Shown: piece after piece, positions 28,609-37,533 of the stretch
Layout of the letters: each line of letters opens with the position of its first letter
How positions within the stretch are numbered: position 1 is the stretch's first letter
Assembly (NCBI GenBank): GCA_022780025.1
Contig: JALEXS010000046.1
Coordinates: forward strand, 1 to 55,816
Length of the DNA stretch: 55,816 nucleotides
Source of the DNA: Mollicutes bacterium
GTDB taxonomy: Bacteria > Bacillota_I > Bacilli_A > RFN20 > CAG-826
Direction of reading: 5' to 3'
Translations under genes and position numbers: made by a program
Notes under the pieces: generated by a model
The model's input: only the letters and a program-made list of their open reading frames with translations
What the model was told of the DNA's origin: nothing
Database searches by the model: none

Positions 28609-31600
28609 ACTTATAAATTGGCATGTTTATACAGATAAAGAGATTTCACTTTTTGGTAATACTTTAATAAGCGGTGAAAATGGTGCTGGTAAATCCACCT
28701 TAATTGATGCGATTTTATTTGTAATATCTGGTGGCACATGTAAATTTAATACTGCTGCTAATGAAAAAAATGATCGTAATTTAGAATCTTATGTTAGAGG
28801 TAAACTTGGATTTGAAAATAAGGAATATTTACGTAATGGCGATACAATTTCTCATATTGCGTTAGAATTTTTCGATGATTATAACAATACTTATTCTGTA
28901 ATTGGAGCCGTAATAACCGCTAACGTTGGTTCTAAAATTGAAAAAATGTTTTATCATGTTTTAGATACAACTATTAAAAGTGATTTTTATTATTCTTATA
29001 AAGATAATAAAAAATATCCTGCAAGTTATGATGAATTAAAACGTAATTATAATAAAAAATATAATTTTGAACTTTTAGATGGCACTTTAGAAGCTATTAA
29101 AAAGAAGATTTTATTAGCTTTAAGTATTGAAGATAATAAATATTTAGAATTATTACCAAAAGCATTAGCTTTTAAACCAATAGGAGAAATTGATAAATTT
29201 GTTTTTGATTATTTACTTCCTAGAAAAGACTTAGATCTTGTCAATATGAAAGATAGTGTTAGACGATATCGCCATCTTCAAGAAATTATAAACTGTGAAA
29301 ATGATAAACTAACTTATTTAAGACCAATTAAAGATGAAGGTCTTACTTTTGATAATTTATCTACTGAAGTAAGATGTTTAAATATTATCTTAAAAGAGAA
29401 AGATATTGATAAAACTAATAGTGCTATAAATGAGACAAATAATAAATTATTAACTATTCATAACCAAATAAAAACATGTGATAAAGAAATAGAAGATATT
29501 GAAAAAAATATAGAAATACAGCAGAATAGCAAGGTTAAATTAGAAAATAGCGATGTTTTTAATGCTGTGAGAAAATTAAATGATGAAAAAAGTAGAATGC
29601 TCGAAAGAAAACTTTTTATCGAAAAAGAGTTTGAAAAGAAAGGTAATTTTATCGAAGAAATTAACATTGATTTAAATATTTTAGATATTAGAAGTAATAT
29701 CAAAGAATCATTTTATAGTAATAATTTTGAAGGCTATCAATCAGAGATTAATCGAATTAAAGAGTATACAAAAAGGCTTTTAAAAGATTATACTGATGAA
29801 CAATATAAACTTAATGATAATAATAAAAAAGTCAATGAAAAATATAATAATGCTGCAAGCGAACTTTCTAATTTAGAAAAAGGATTCGTATTACAAGATC
29901 AAAAAGTTGAATTATTAAAGGGATATTTAAAAGATTATTTCTTTGAAAAATATAACAAAGATATCGAAGTAAAAGCTTTTTATGAATTAGTAGAAGTAAA
30001 TGACGAATCTTATCGAAATGCTTTAGAAGGATATTTAAATACTAGAAAAGCTTATTTATTTATTGAAAATAAAAAATATTACGATGAAGCTTTAAGAGTT
30101 TATGAAGAACACTCAAAAACTGATCCTAATTTATATGGAGTTGGCTTAGTTAATATAGAAGCTTTAAAAGATATAGAAATAAATCCAAAATCTTTAGCTA
30201 GTAAATTAACTTATTTAACAGAAGATGCTAAAAAATATGGTGCTTATGTATTAGGAAATATTATCTGTGTAGATAATGTTGATGAATTGAAATTACACGA
30301 AGCAGCTATTACTAAAACTTGTATGTTATATCAAGGTAAAGTTGCTAGTAAAATTAATCCTAGATTTTATAAAAAATATTATTTAGGTAATAGTTCAATT
30401 CAAATTAATATTGAACGTTTATTAGAAGAAATTAATAAATATAAAATAGATATAGCTGATTATGATGTAAAAATCAAAAATGTTAATAATAAATTAGATG
30501 CTATTAATCGTATAAATGATAATTTACATTATGTTTCATTAGAAGAAAACTTATTTAGTGAATTTAATAGCTTAACAAGTAATATAAATGATATTGATAG
30601 ACAAATTATCGCTTTAAATTCTACAGATTTAATCAAACTAAATGAACAAATTAATGAAATTGATAAAAATATTATTAGTTATAAGAAAAATAAAGAAAAT
30701 ATTAAAAATTCTAGAGATTTGTTACTTCAAGATGAAGGCAATTTAAATAATAAAATTATTAATTTAAAAGAAAGAATTGCTTCTTATAATACCGATATTA
30801 AAGATGTAAGTAACACTACAATTTATCGTGATTTAAAGAAGGCTTATTCATCAACAAGTACTGATAATATTAATTACGCAATTAATGAAAAAGAGAAATT
30901 ATTAGATAATAAAAGGCGTATTATTTTAAAGAATATGTCGGATTACCGTTCTAATATTGAATTTCATTGCGATTTAAATCCAGAAATATCAAATTTAAAT
31001 GAATTTATAAAATTATATAATCAAATTGAAAATCGTAATCTTATTAAATATAAAGATGATGCTAGAAAAGCTAAAGAAGAATGCGAAAAAGCATTTAAAA
31101 ACGATTATATAATGAAAATTAGAGATAATATTAATGAAGAATTAGGTAATATTAAGAAATTAAATGATTCTTTATCTAAAAAACCATTTGGTAATGAACA
31201 AGAAATATATAAATTTATTGCTAAAGGTACTAAAAAACCTGAATTTGAAGCATATTATAATATCTTTATTTCAAATGAAAGTTATACTCAAAACAATTTA
31301 TTTGAGACTGAAATGAGTGAAAAGAATTTAATTTTGATGGATCAATTATTTGAAAAATTAAATAGCACTAATAATTTGAATAATGAAAAAGAACTTGCTA
31401 AATTCACAGATTATCGCAATTTTATGACTTACGATATTCAAATTACTGATAAAAATGGTAATAAAACATATTATTCTACTGCAGGAAAAGGAAAAAGCGG
31501 TGGTGAAACACAAACTCCATTCTATGTATTTATTGCTGCATCATTTGAACAAATTGTATCAAAGTCGCGCAATTTTAAATCACCAGCATGTTTAGCATTT

Positions 31601-31816
31601 TTAGATGAAGCATTTAATAATATGGATGATTCTCGAATTCAAACGATGATGGATTTTTACCGTGATCTTAATATTCAATTAATTATAAGTGTTCCAACGT
31701 CAAGAACTGCTTCAATTTTAAAATATTGTGATACTGGATTATCGATATGTAAAAAAGATAATGAAGCATATATATTTGAATTAAGAAAAAAAGATATTTA
31801 TGAAGGAAACATTTGA
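28586..31816 (+). CDS. jetC: JetC-like SMC/MksB-family ATPase
   Basis: 1076 aa. N-terminal Walker A (GENGAGKST, aa 30-38). Roughly 800 aa of K/E/N-rich predicted coiled coil. C-terminal signature-like GKSGGETQ and Walker B LAFLDEAF. Confidence 0.85.
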   Translation: MKKLTKIKLINWHVYTDKEISLFGNTLISGENGAGKSTLIDAILFVISGGTCKFNTAANEKNDRNLESYVRGKLGFENKEYLRNGDTISHIALEFFDDYNNTYSVIGAVITANVGSKIEKMFYHVLDTTIKSDFYYSYKDNKKYPASYDELKRNYNKKYNFELLDGTLEAIKKKILLALSIEDNKYLELLPKALAFKPIGEIDKFVFDYLLPRKDLDLVNMKDSVRRYRHLQEIINCENDKLTYLRPIKDEGLTFDNLSTEVRCLNIILKEKDIDKTNSAINETNNKLLTIHNQIKTCDKEIEDIEKNIEIQQNSKVKLENSDVFNAVRKLNDEKSRMLERKLFIEKEFEKKGNFIEEINIDLNILDIRSNIKESFYSNNFEGYQSEINRIKEYTKRLLKDYTDEQYKLNDNNKKVNEKYNNAASELSNLEKGFVLQDQKVELLKGYLKDYFFEKYNKDIEVKAFYELVEVNDESYRNALEGYLNTRKAYLFIENKKYYDEALRVYEEHSKTDPNLYGVGLVNIEALKDIEINPKSLASKLTYLTEDAKKYGAYVLGNIICVDNVDELKLHEAAITKTCMLYQGKVASKINPRFYKKYYLGNSSIQINIERLLEEINKYKIDIADYDVKIKNVNNKLDAINRINDNLHYVSLEENLFSEFNSLTSNINDIDRQIIALNSTDLIKLNEQINEIDKNIISYKKNKENIKNSRDLLLQDEGNLNNKIINLKERIASYNTDIKDVSNTTIYRDLKKAYSSTSTDNINYAINEKEKLLDNKRRIILKNMSDYRSNIEFHCDLNPEISNLNEFIKLYNQIENRNLIKYKDDARKAKEECEKAFKNDYIMKIRDNINEELGNIKKLNDSLSKKPFGNEQEIYKFIAKGTKKPEFEAYYNIFISNESYTQNNLFETEMSEKNLILMDQLFEKLNSTNNLNNEKELAKFTDYRNFMTYDIQITDKNGNKTYYSTAGKGKSGGETQTPFYVFIAASFEQIVSKSRNFKSPACLAFLDEAFNNMDDSRIQTMMDFYRDLNIQLIISVPTSRTASILKYCDTGLSICKKDNEAYIFELRKKDIYEGNI

Positions 31817-32999
31817 TTATAAATTAATAAACAAATTACTAGATAAATACGAAAATAGTTCTTTATTTAAAAATACAAATATTCATCAAATTATTATTAA
31901 ATTAAATATGAGTGATGAATTATTTAAAGATTATTATTCTAATAAAGCATATAAATATCGTGATGAAATTGATTCTTATTTAAATAATTTATCTTCTTTA
32001 AATCTAATTAAAATTAATAAAGATTCTCAGATAATTAATTCAATTGAATTAAATTTAAATAACTTAGAAAAGGCATATAACTACATTAATCGAGTAAGTA
32101 AACTTACACTTTATAATGAATATTTATCATTATTAAATACATTTAAAAACAAAGAAAATAGTGGGGTTTTGCAAGGTTTTATATTTAAAATCGAAGATTT
32201 ATTGAATAAAAAAGAGTCTATTAAAAAGTATTTTAATAGTTATGACGAGTTATCTATTTTGTTAAATGGCATTAAAAATATTGAAGAAAATAAAGAAGAA
32301 ATTTTACTAAGAAATTTTTCTAATAAAGTCTTTAAAGATTCAAAATATTTAGCAAAACATATACAAAGATTTATATCTATATTTAACGAATTTGGTAATT
32401 TTGATTTTATTGATGATAACGAATTTTTAAATTATTTTAATATTTATAAAAACCCAACTTTTACGTACATAAAAGGTGATATTATTTTTAAAATTAATGA
32501 TCAGATTATAGATTTATCTAAATTAAAAGATTCTATTTCATTAACTGAAGAAGAAATTAATAACTTAACTATACTAGAAATTAATACAAATAAAATTTTA
32601 ACAATTGAGAATCTTACAACTTTTTATTATTTTGATGATAACGAATTTATAAGTATTTATTTGGCTGGATTTAATAACTCTATAAAAGCTAAATTACTTA
32701 AAAAAATATATGATTTTAATAAAAATAATATTTTTTATCATTTTGGAGATATTGACTGTAATGGATTTACAATCTTAATTCACTTAATGAAAGAAACACA
32801 GATAGATATAAAACCATATCTTATGAGTGAAGAAATTTTATTAAAATATATAAAATATTCTGATCCACTTACTAATAATGATGAAAATAAACTTAAATTA
32901 TTTTTAAAAAGAAAAGAATACGAACCATTTCACGAAGTTATAAAAGCTATGCTTTTACATAAATGTAAATTAGAACAGGAAGCAATAGAAATATACTAA
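31800..32999 (+). CDS. jetD: JetD-like Toprim nuclease subunit (MksG-like)
   Basis: 399 aa. The C-terminal region has the Toprim acidic residues in JetD-typical context: ILTIENLTTF (Glu) and FYHFGDIDCNGFTILIHL (DxD), followed by YLMSEE. 17-nt overlap with jetC. Confidence 0.8.
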   Translation: MKETFDYKLINKLLDKYENSSLFKNTNIHQIIIKLNMSDELFKDYYSNKAYKYRDEIDSYLNNLSSLNLIKINKDSQIINSIELNLNNLEKAYNYINRVSKLTLYNEYLSLLNTFKNKENSGVLQGFIFKIEDLLNKKESIKKYFNSYDELSILLNGIKNIEENKEEILLRNFSNKVFKDSKYLAKHIQRFISIFNEFGNFDFIDDNEFLNYFNIYKNPTFTYIKGDIIFKINDQIIDLSKLKDSISLTEEEINNLTILEINTNKILTIENLTTFYYFDDNEFISIYLAGFNNSIKAKLLKKIYDFNKNNIFYHFGDIDCNGFTILIHLMKETQIDIKPYLMSEEILLKYIKYSDPLTNNDENKLKLFLKRKEYEPFHEVIKAMLLHKCKLEQEAIEIY

Positions 33000-33032
33000 A
33001 AAATAATTTTAAATGTGTTATAATTTCTCTGT

Positions 33033-33743
33033 ATGGGACAAGCGTTAGAGAATATTGAAAATTACATAAAAAAATTAGAAGAGTTTGAACTTCCTGAGTT
33101 TAATGACTTACCTAATATTCCTCTTTATATGGAACAAGTAGTCGGTTATGTTTCAGAAGTTTTAGATGCATTAGAAAGAGAAAAAGATTTAAATATTACC
33201 CCTTTTATGGTCAATAATTATGTTAAAGCCAAGATTATTGAACCACCAAAAGAGAAAAAATATAATCGTCGTCAAATCAGTTACTTAATTGCGATTTCTT
33301 TAATGAAATCTGTTGTTAGTATGCGTGATTTAGCAACTTTTATAGATTTAGATGAAATAAATGTTAGTGATAAAGATAGTCTTTATGCTTTTTTTAAAAA
33401 AATGGAAGATGAATCAATCCATAATGTTGTTCATAAAGTAAAAGTAAGAAATGAAGTATTAAAAAAATCTAATAAAAAGAGCAAAAAAGATAGTCCAGAA
33501 AGTGAAGAACAAAATGAACAAAGCAATTTCGCTTATATCGCTTTAAAATTATATATAGATAGTGCAGCAAATAAAATGATTGCTGATTATATAATGCGTA
33601 ATTTATCTTCTGAAGTTTTATCCAAAAAAGTTTACGAAGAAAGTGAAGTTACGAAATATAACTATAAGAAAAATAAAGTTGAAGCAAAAATATTACGTGA
33701 AAGACAAAGAAAAGTTAAGGATACTAAGGAGGAAAAACGTTAA
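33033..33743 (+). CDS. DUF1836 domain protein
   Basis: 236 aa. The N-terminal pattern (LPNIPLYMEQVVGYV...ITPFMVNNYVKAKII.PP..KKYNRRQISYLI) is typical of DUF1836. TGtTATAAT lies 8 nt before the ATG. Confidence 0.65.
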   Translation: MGQALENIENYIKKLEEFELPEFNDLPNIPLYMEQVVGYVSEVLDALEREKDLNITPFMVNNYVKAKIIEPPKEKKYNRRQISYLIAISLMKSVVSMRDLATFIDLDEINVSDKDSLYAFFKKMEDESIHNVVHKVKVRNEVLKKSNKKSKKDSPESEEQNEQSNFAYIALKLYIDSAANKMIADYIMRNLSSEVLSKKVYEESEVTKYNYKKNKVEAKILRERQRKVKDTKEEKR

Positions 33744-34756
33744 TGAAGGTTTTAGTAACTGGTGGTCTTGGATTCATTGGAAGTCATACTGTTTGCGAAT
33801 TAATTGAGAGTGGTTATGACGTTGTAATAGCTGATAATTTATATAATTCTAAAATCGATGTTTTAGATAGAATTGAAAAAATTACAGGGGTAAGACCTCA
33901 TTTTTATAATATTAATGTTCAAGATAAAGAAGCTTTAGATAAATTATTTGCTAAAGAAGAACCAGAGGGAATAATTCATTTTGCTGCTTATAAAGCAGTC
34001 GGGGAAAGCGTTTATAAACCTCTTGAATACTATGAAAATAACTTTGATACTACATTTGCTTTACTTTGGATGATGAGAAAATATCCAAAATGTAAGAATT
34101 TTGTATTTAGTAGTAGCGCTACAATTTATGGTGTTCCTGATCATGTACCTTTAAAAGAAACTGATCCTAGAAAAGATGCTACATCCCCTTATGGCGAAAC
34201 AAAAGTTGTTATTGAAAGAATATTAGAAGATATTGCTAAAGTTAATAAAGAATATAACATCGCAATTTTAAGATACTTTAATCCAATTGGTGCTCATAAA
34301 TCAGGATTATTAGGTGAAGATCCAAATGGTATTCCAAATAACTTATTACCTTATATAAACAAAGTTGCTACAGGCGTTTTACCTTGCGTAAATGTTTTTG
34401 GCGATGATTATCCAACTCCTGATGGAACAGGCGTTAGAGATTATATCCATGTATTAGATTTAGCACGTGGACACGTTTTAGCTTTAAAGAAATTAGAAAC
34501 AAATCCTGGACTTGTTACTTATAATTTAGGTACTGGTAAAGGCACCAGTGTTTTAGAGATTATTAAAGATTATGAAAAAGCTACTGGTATAAAAATTAAT
34601 TATGTAATTAAGCCTAGAAGAGCAGGTGATGTTGCAGAAAATTATGCTGATTGCAGTAAAGCAAAAAATGAATTAGGATTCACATGTAAATATAATGTTT
34701 TTGATGCATGCTTAGATGGATACAATTTCCAAAAAAAAGAAAATCAAAATAAATAG
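33743..34756 (+). CDS. galE: UDP-glucose 4-epimerase
   Basis: 337 aa with GGLGFIGSHT Rossmann motif and catalytic SPYGETK (YxxxK). TAATG overlap with the upstream gene. Confidence 0.92.
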   Translation: MKVLVTGGLGFIGSHTVCELIESGYDVVIADNLYNSKIDVLDRIEKITGVRPHFYNINVQDKEALDKLFAKEEPEGIIHFAAYKAVGESVYKPLEYYENNFDTTFALLWMMRKYPKCKNFVFSSSATIYGVPDHVPLKETDPRKDATSPYGETKVVIERILEDIAKVNKEYNIAILRYFNPIGAHKSGLLGEDPNGIPNNLLPYINKVATGVLPCVNVFGDDYPTPDGTGVRDYIHVLDLARGHVLALKKLETNPGLVTYNLGTGKGTSVLEIIKDYEKATGIKINYVIKPRRAGDVAENYADCSKAKNELGFTCKYNVFDACLDGYNFQKKENQNK

Positions 34757-34785
34757 TTTAGTTTTGCAGGCTTTTTAGGATTTTT

Positions 34786-35253
34786 ATGAGGATTTGTTAT
34801 ATATTATCAAGCATTCCAGGTAGTGGAAAAACTACATGGGCAAAAAATTTTAAGGCCTGTAATCTTAATACTTTTATCGTTTCTAGCGATGAAATAAGAA
34901 AAGAACTTGGCGGTACTTACCAGTATTTTAAAGAAGAAGAAAGGGTATGGAAAATATTTTTTTCTCGTGCTAATAAGATTGCAAAAGAACATAAAGATTG
35001 TAATGTTATATTAGATTCAACGTGCATTAATGATTATTATAGACATTTATATTTTATGAAAACAAATGCTTTTGATAAACACGTCTTAGTTCTTTTTGAC
35101 GTTCCTTTTTCTGAATGTCGAAAAAGAAATAAAAATAGAATAATTGAAAAGCAAGTTCCTGATTTTGCTTTTGATGATTTATTAAAAAGATTTAAAAAGC
35201 CTTCAAAAGAAATTATAGAAGAATTTGATGATTATTTAATTATTAGTAATTAA
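34786..35253 (+). CDS. P-loop kinase-like protein (AAA_33-type)
   Basis: 155 aa with Walker A SIPGSGKTTWA. Small single-domain kinase architecture. The stop codon lies 1 nt before tRNA-Gln. Confidence 0.55.
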   Translation: MRICYILSSIPGSGKTTWAKNFKACNLNTFIVSSDEIRKELGGTYQYFKEEERVWKIFFSRANKIAKEHKDCNVILDSTCINDYYRHLYFMKTNAFDKHVLVLFDVPFSECRKRNKNRIIEKQVPDFAFDDLLKRFKKPSKEIIEEFDDYLIISN

Positions 35254-35254
35254 T

Positions 35255-35331
35255 TGCGGCGTGGACAAATGGTAAAGTCACTTGTCTCTGAAACAAGGTT
35301 TGTATTGGTTCGAGTCCAATCGCCGCAGCCA
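35255..35331 (+). tRNA. tRNA-Gln (anticodon CUG), CCA encoded
   Basis: Acceptor TGCGGCG/CGCCGCA with the bacterial Gln-type U1:A72 pair and G73. Anticodon arm CTTGT-CTCTGAA-ACAAG, T arm ATTGG-TTCGAGT-CCAAT. By my fold the variable region has 6 nt. Confidence 0.8.
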
Positions 35332-35343
35332 TTTGTGTAAATT

Positions 35344-35376
35344 AAAGTATTGATCGATAACATCAATACTTTTTTA
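35344..35376. terminator. Rho-independent terminator
   Basis: AAAGTATTGAT-cgataac-ATCAATACTTT followed by TTTTATTTT. Lies between tRNA-Gln (+) and the convergent acyltransferase gene (-). Confidence 0.8.
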
Positions 35377-35454
35377 TTTTGAAATGAGTATTATTTCGAA
35401 ATTTTTAAATGTTTAGATCAAATAAGTTATAAAGCAAAATAAAAACTATTCTAA

Positions 35455-36726
35455 TTATTTTAAAGATTCTTTTTTAATTTTATATATTTCTTCAGCAGCC
35501 ATACGTGCTTTTGCTACAACATCTTTAGCATTTTTAGGAACACAGTAATAATGATAATGTTTATCACAAATGCAAATAATGTCATTGATTTCATACCAAT
35601 AAAAGTCAGAATATAAACTATAACTTTCTAATGGGCCTTGTTTTACATGTAACTTATTATCGCAACCAACTAAATCGAATCCATCTATAGTATGAGTTAA
35701 ATGACCATCTCCAATTTTGTAAATTGCTTTATAATTTGCTAGAACATATATATCAACATCTAAATCTAATTTATAAGTATTATTTTTAATATCTTTAATA
35801 ATTTCTTGACGTTCATAATTATACCATTCAGGGACAGTTTTAAATTTAGTATCTCCATTAATACATTTTAAATATCCTTCAGGTGTTAATTCGTGTTTTT
35901 CTCCACAATTTTCACATTCTAAATAAATACCTTTTCCAATGGTTTTTCCTTCGCATCCACAATTAGGACACTTATATAAAACTCTATTAAGTCCATCAGC
36001 TCTAGATAAATTATTTATTAAAATATTATTTTTAAATTGATACTCCCAATTGTTAAAAGTAAATTCCTTTTTAACTATTGAAGTAATTTCACTTTCTGAT
36101 AATTTAGAAATATCTTCTTTCGAAAGTACATATTTAACATTTGCAGAAACATTTATTTTTCTTTGTTGTAGATTATTATATAAAGGATCGTGTAAATAAG
36201 CTCCTTCAGTTTTTATTATTACTAAAGGTACTTTTAATAATTTAATTAATTTTCCGATATTATCAGGAATAGCACCACCTGTACCATCAAAAGAATATGA
36301 AGCTTCTGGAAACATCAAAACTGAATCACGAAGTTTTTTAATACAAAAAATCATATCTTTTACAAGTTGAGGATCACTTTGAAATTTTACAGTTGGAACA
36401 CATCCTAAATGTCTCATCAACCAATATTTTCCAACAAACCCATCATCAGTACATATAATATTAAAAGGAAGAGGAGACCATATTTTAAAGAATATTTTTA
36501 AATCTACGAAAGCTGAATGATTCATTAAAATTAAGCATGGTTCGAACTTTTTTAATTTATCCATATCAGTTTTTGTATATGAAAAATTTATATCTTTTAA
36601 TTCTTTTTTACTTAATAAATTAACCAAAAATCTTAATATAAATAATGGTCTAATTGGTCTATGATATTTTTTTAGTTTTATCTTCTGTAACTGCTCAAAA
36701 GATATCTTTTTAATTTTGATTTTCAT
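35455..36726 (-). CDS. Lysophospholipid (PlsC-type) acyltransferase family protein with internal zinc ribbon
   Basis: 423 aa with HX4D motif NHSAFVD and PEASYS block. CPNCGC...CENCG zinc-ribbon-like insertion. TATGAT lies 6 nt before the ATG. Confidence 0.65.
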   Translation of the reverse strand: MKIKIKKISFEQLQKIKLKKYHRPIRPLFILRFLVNLLSKKELKDINFSYTKTDMDKLKKFEPCLILMNHSAFVDLKIFFKIWSPLPFNIICTDDGFVGKYWLMRHLGCVPTVKFQSDPQLVKDMIFCIKKLRDSVLMFPEASYSFDGTGGAIPDNIGKLIKLLKVPLVIIKTEGAYLHDPLYNNLQQRKINVSANVKYVLSKEDISKLSESEITSIVKKEFTFNNWEYQFKNNILINNLSRADGLNRVLYKCPNCGCEGKTIGKGIYLECENCGEKHELTPEGYLKCINGDTKFKTVPEWYNYERQEIIKDIKNNTYKLDLDVDIYVLANYKAIYKIGDGHLTHTIDGFDLVGCDNKLHVKQGPLESYSLYSDFYWYEINDIICICDKHYHYYCVPKNAKDVVAKARMAAEEIYKIKKESLK

Positions 36727-36769
36727 ATGAATATCATAGCATAAAGATATAATGTTGTTAACTTAGCAA

Positions 36770-37066
36770 CTATTTTTTAATCTTATAAGTATCGATGTAT
36801 TCTTCTAAATATTTATCAATAGAGAACTTTAAATATTCTTCTATAATATTTTTCTTACTTTGAATAGATTCTTTATTTTGGTGATAAAAAAGTTCATCTA
36901 AACTCACGTCAAAATAATCAGCTAAAATAATAGCATCTTTAATACTAATTTCAGTTAAACCACTTTCCCAATTTAAAACTGATTGAATTGATTTATTAAC
37001 TAATTTAGCAAGCTCTTTTTGAGTAACGCCTTTATTTAATCTTAATTCTTTAATTTTATTTTTCAT
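36770..37066 (-). CDS. XRE-family HTH transcriptional regulator
   Basis: 98 aa with HTH_3 pattern LRLNKGVTQKELAKLVNKSIQSVLNWESG. AGAGGA RBS. Confidence 0.85.
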   Translation of the reverse strand: MKNKIKELRLNKGVTQKELAKLVNKSIQSVLNWESGLTEISIKDAIILADYFDVSLDELFYHQNKESIQSKKNIIEEYLKFSIDKYLEEYIDTYKIKK

Positions 37067-37110
37067 AATCTTCCTCTTTATGTTTGAATAAAAAAGAATA
37101 AAATGAAATA

Positions 37111-37162
37111 AAATTCAAGTTTAACTATAATTTAATGATAGAAATTCAAGTTTTACTATAAT
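37111..37162. repeat. Two copies of a 21-bp box AAATTCAAGTTT(A/T)ACTATAAT in a divergent promoter region
   Basis: Copies at 37111-37131 and 37142-37162 (20 of 21 identical, 31-bp period). Each ends in TATAAT. They lie between the XRE gene (-) and ORF 37192 (+). Confidence 0.7.
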
Positions 37163-37191
37163 AATGAAAGTATATTTATTAAAATAGAAAT

Positions 37192-37533
37192 ATGATTAAT
37201 GAATTAGATAAAAATACTGTATATAAAATTATTTTCTCGTATTTTAAAGATAAAAATAAAACTGAATTTATTGTAGATAATTTATTTATTAAGCATCGTA
37301 ATTTTAATATAAAACAAGGACTAATTGATAGTTATTTAGAGATTCCAATTATAATTAAAAATAAAGAAATTGGCTATAAATATCAAACTGTGTTTGATTT
37401 ATCTAATGATGAATATCTATTAATTTCAAAAGAAGACTATTTGAAAGAATTGAAGAAGAACAATTTAACTTATAAAAAAATTAATTATCGATATATTCCT
37501 TATTTAAAAATTAAAATTAAAGATATTTTTTAG
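37192..37533 (+). CDS. Hypothetical protein (113 aa)
   Basis: ORF divergent from the XRE regulator. TAAAAT lies 6 nt before the ATG. The 3' end overlaps the convergent glf by 17 nt. No motif recognised. Confidence 0.45.
   Translation: MINELDKNTVYKIIFSYFKDKNKTEFIVDNLFIKHRNFNIKQGLIDSYLEIPIIIKNKEIGYKYQTVFDLSNDEYLLISKEDYLKELKKNNLTYKKINYRYIPYLKIKIKDIF

Noticed and set aside
29458-29703. Minus-strand 81-aa ORF inside jetC
   Set aside because: It is antisense to the coiled-coil region. Lys/Glu/Asn-rich codons give open Phe/Leu/Ser-rich antisense frames by composition alone.
34807-34992. Minus-strand 61-aa ORF inside the P-loop kinase gene
   Set aside because: It is antisense to a CDS with a Walker A motif and has no signals of its own.
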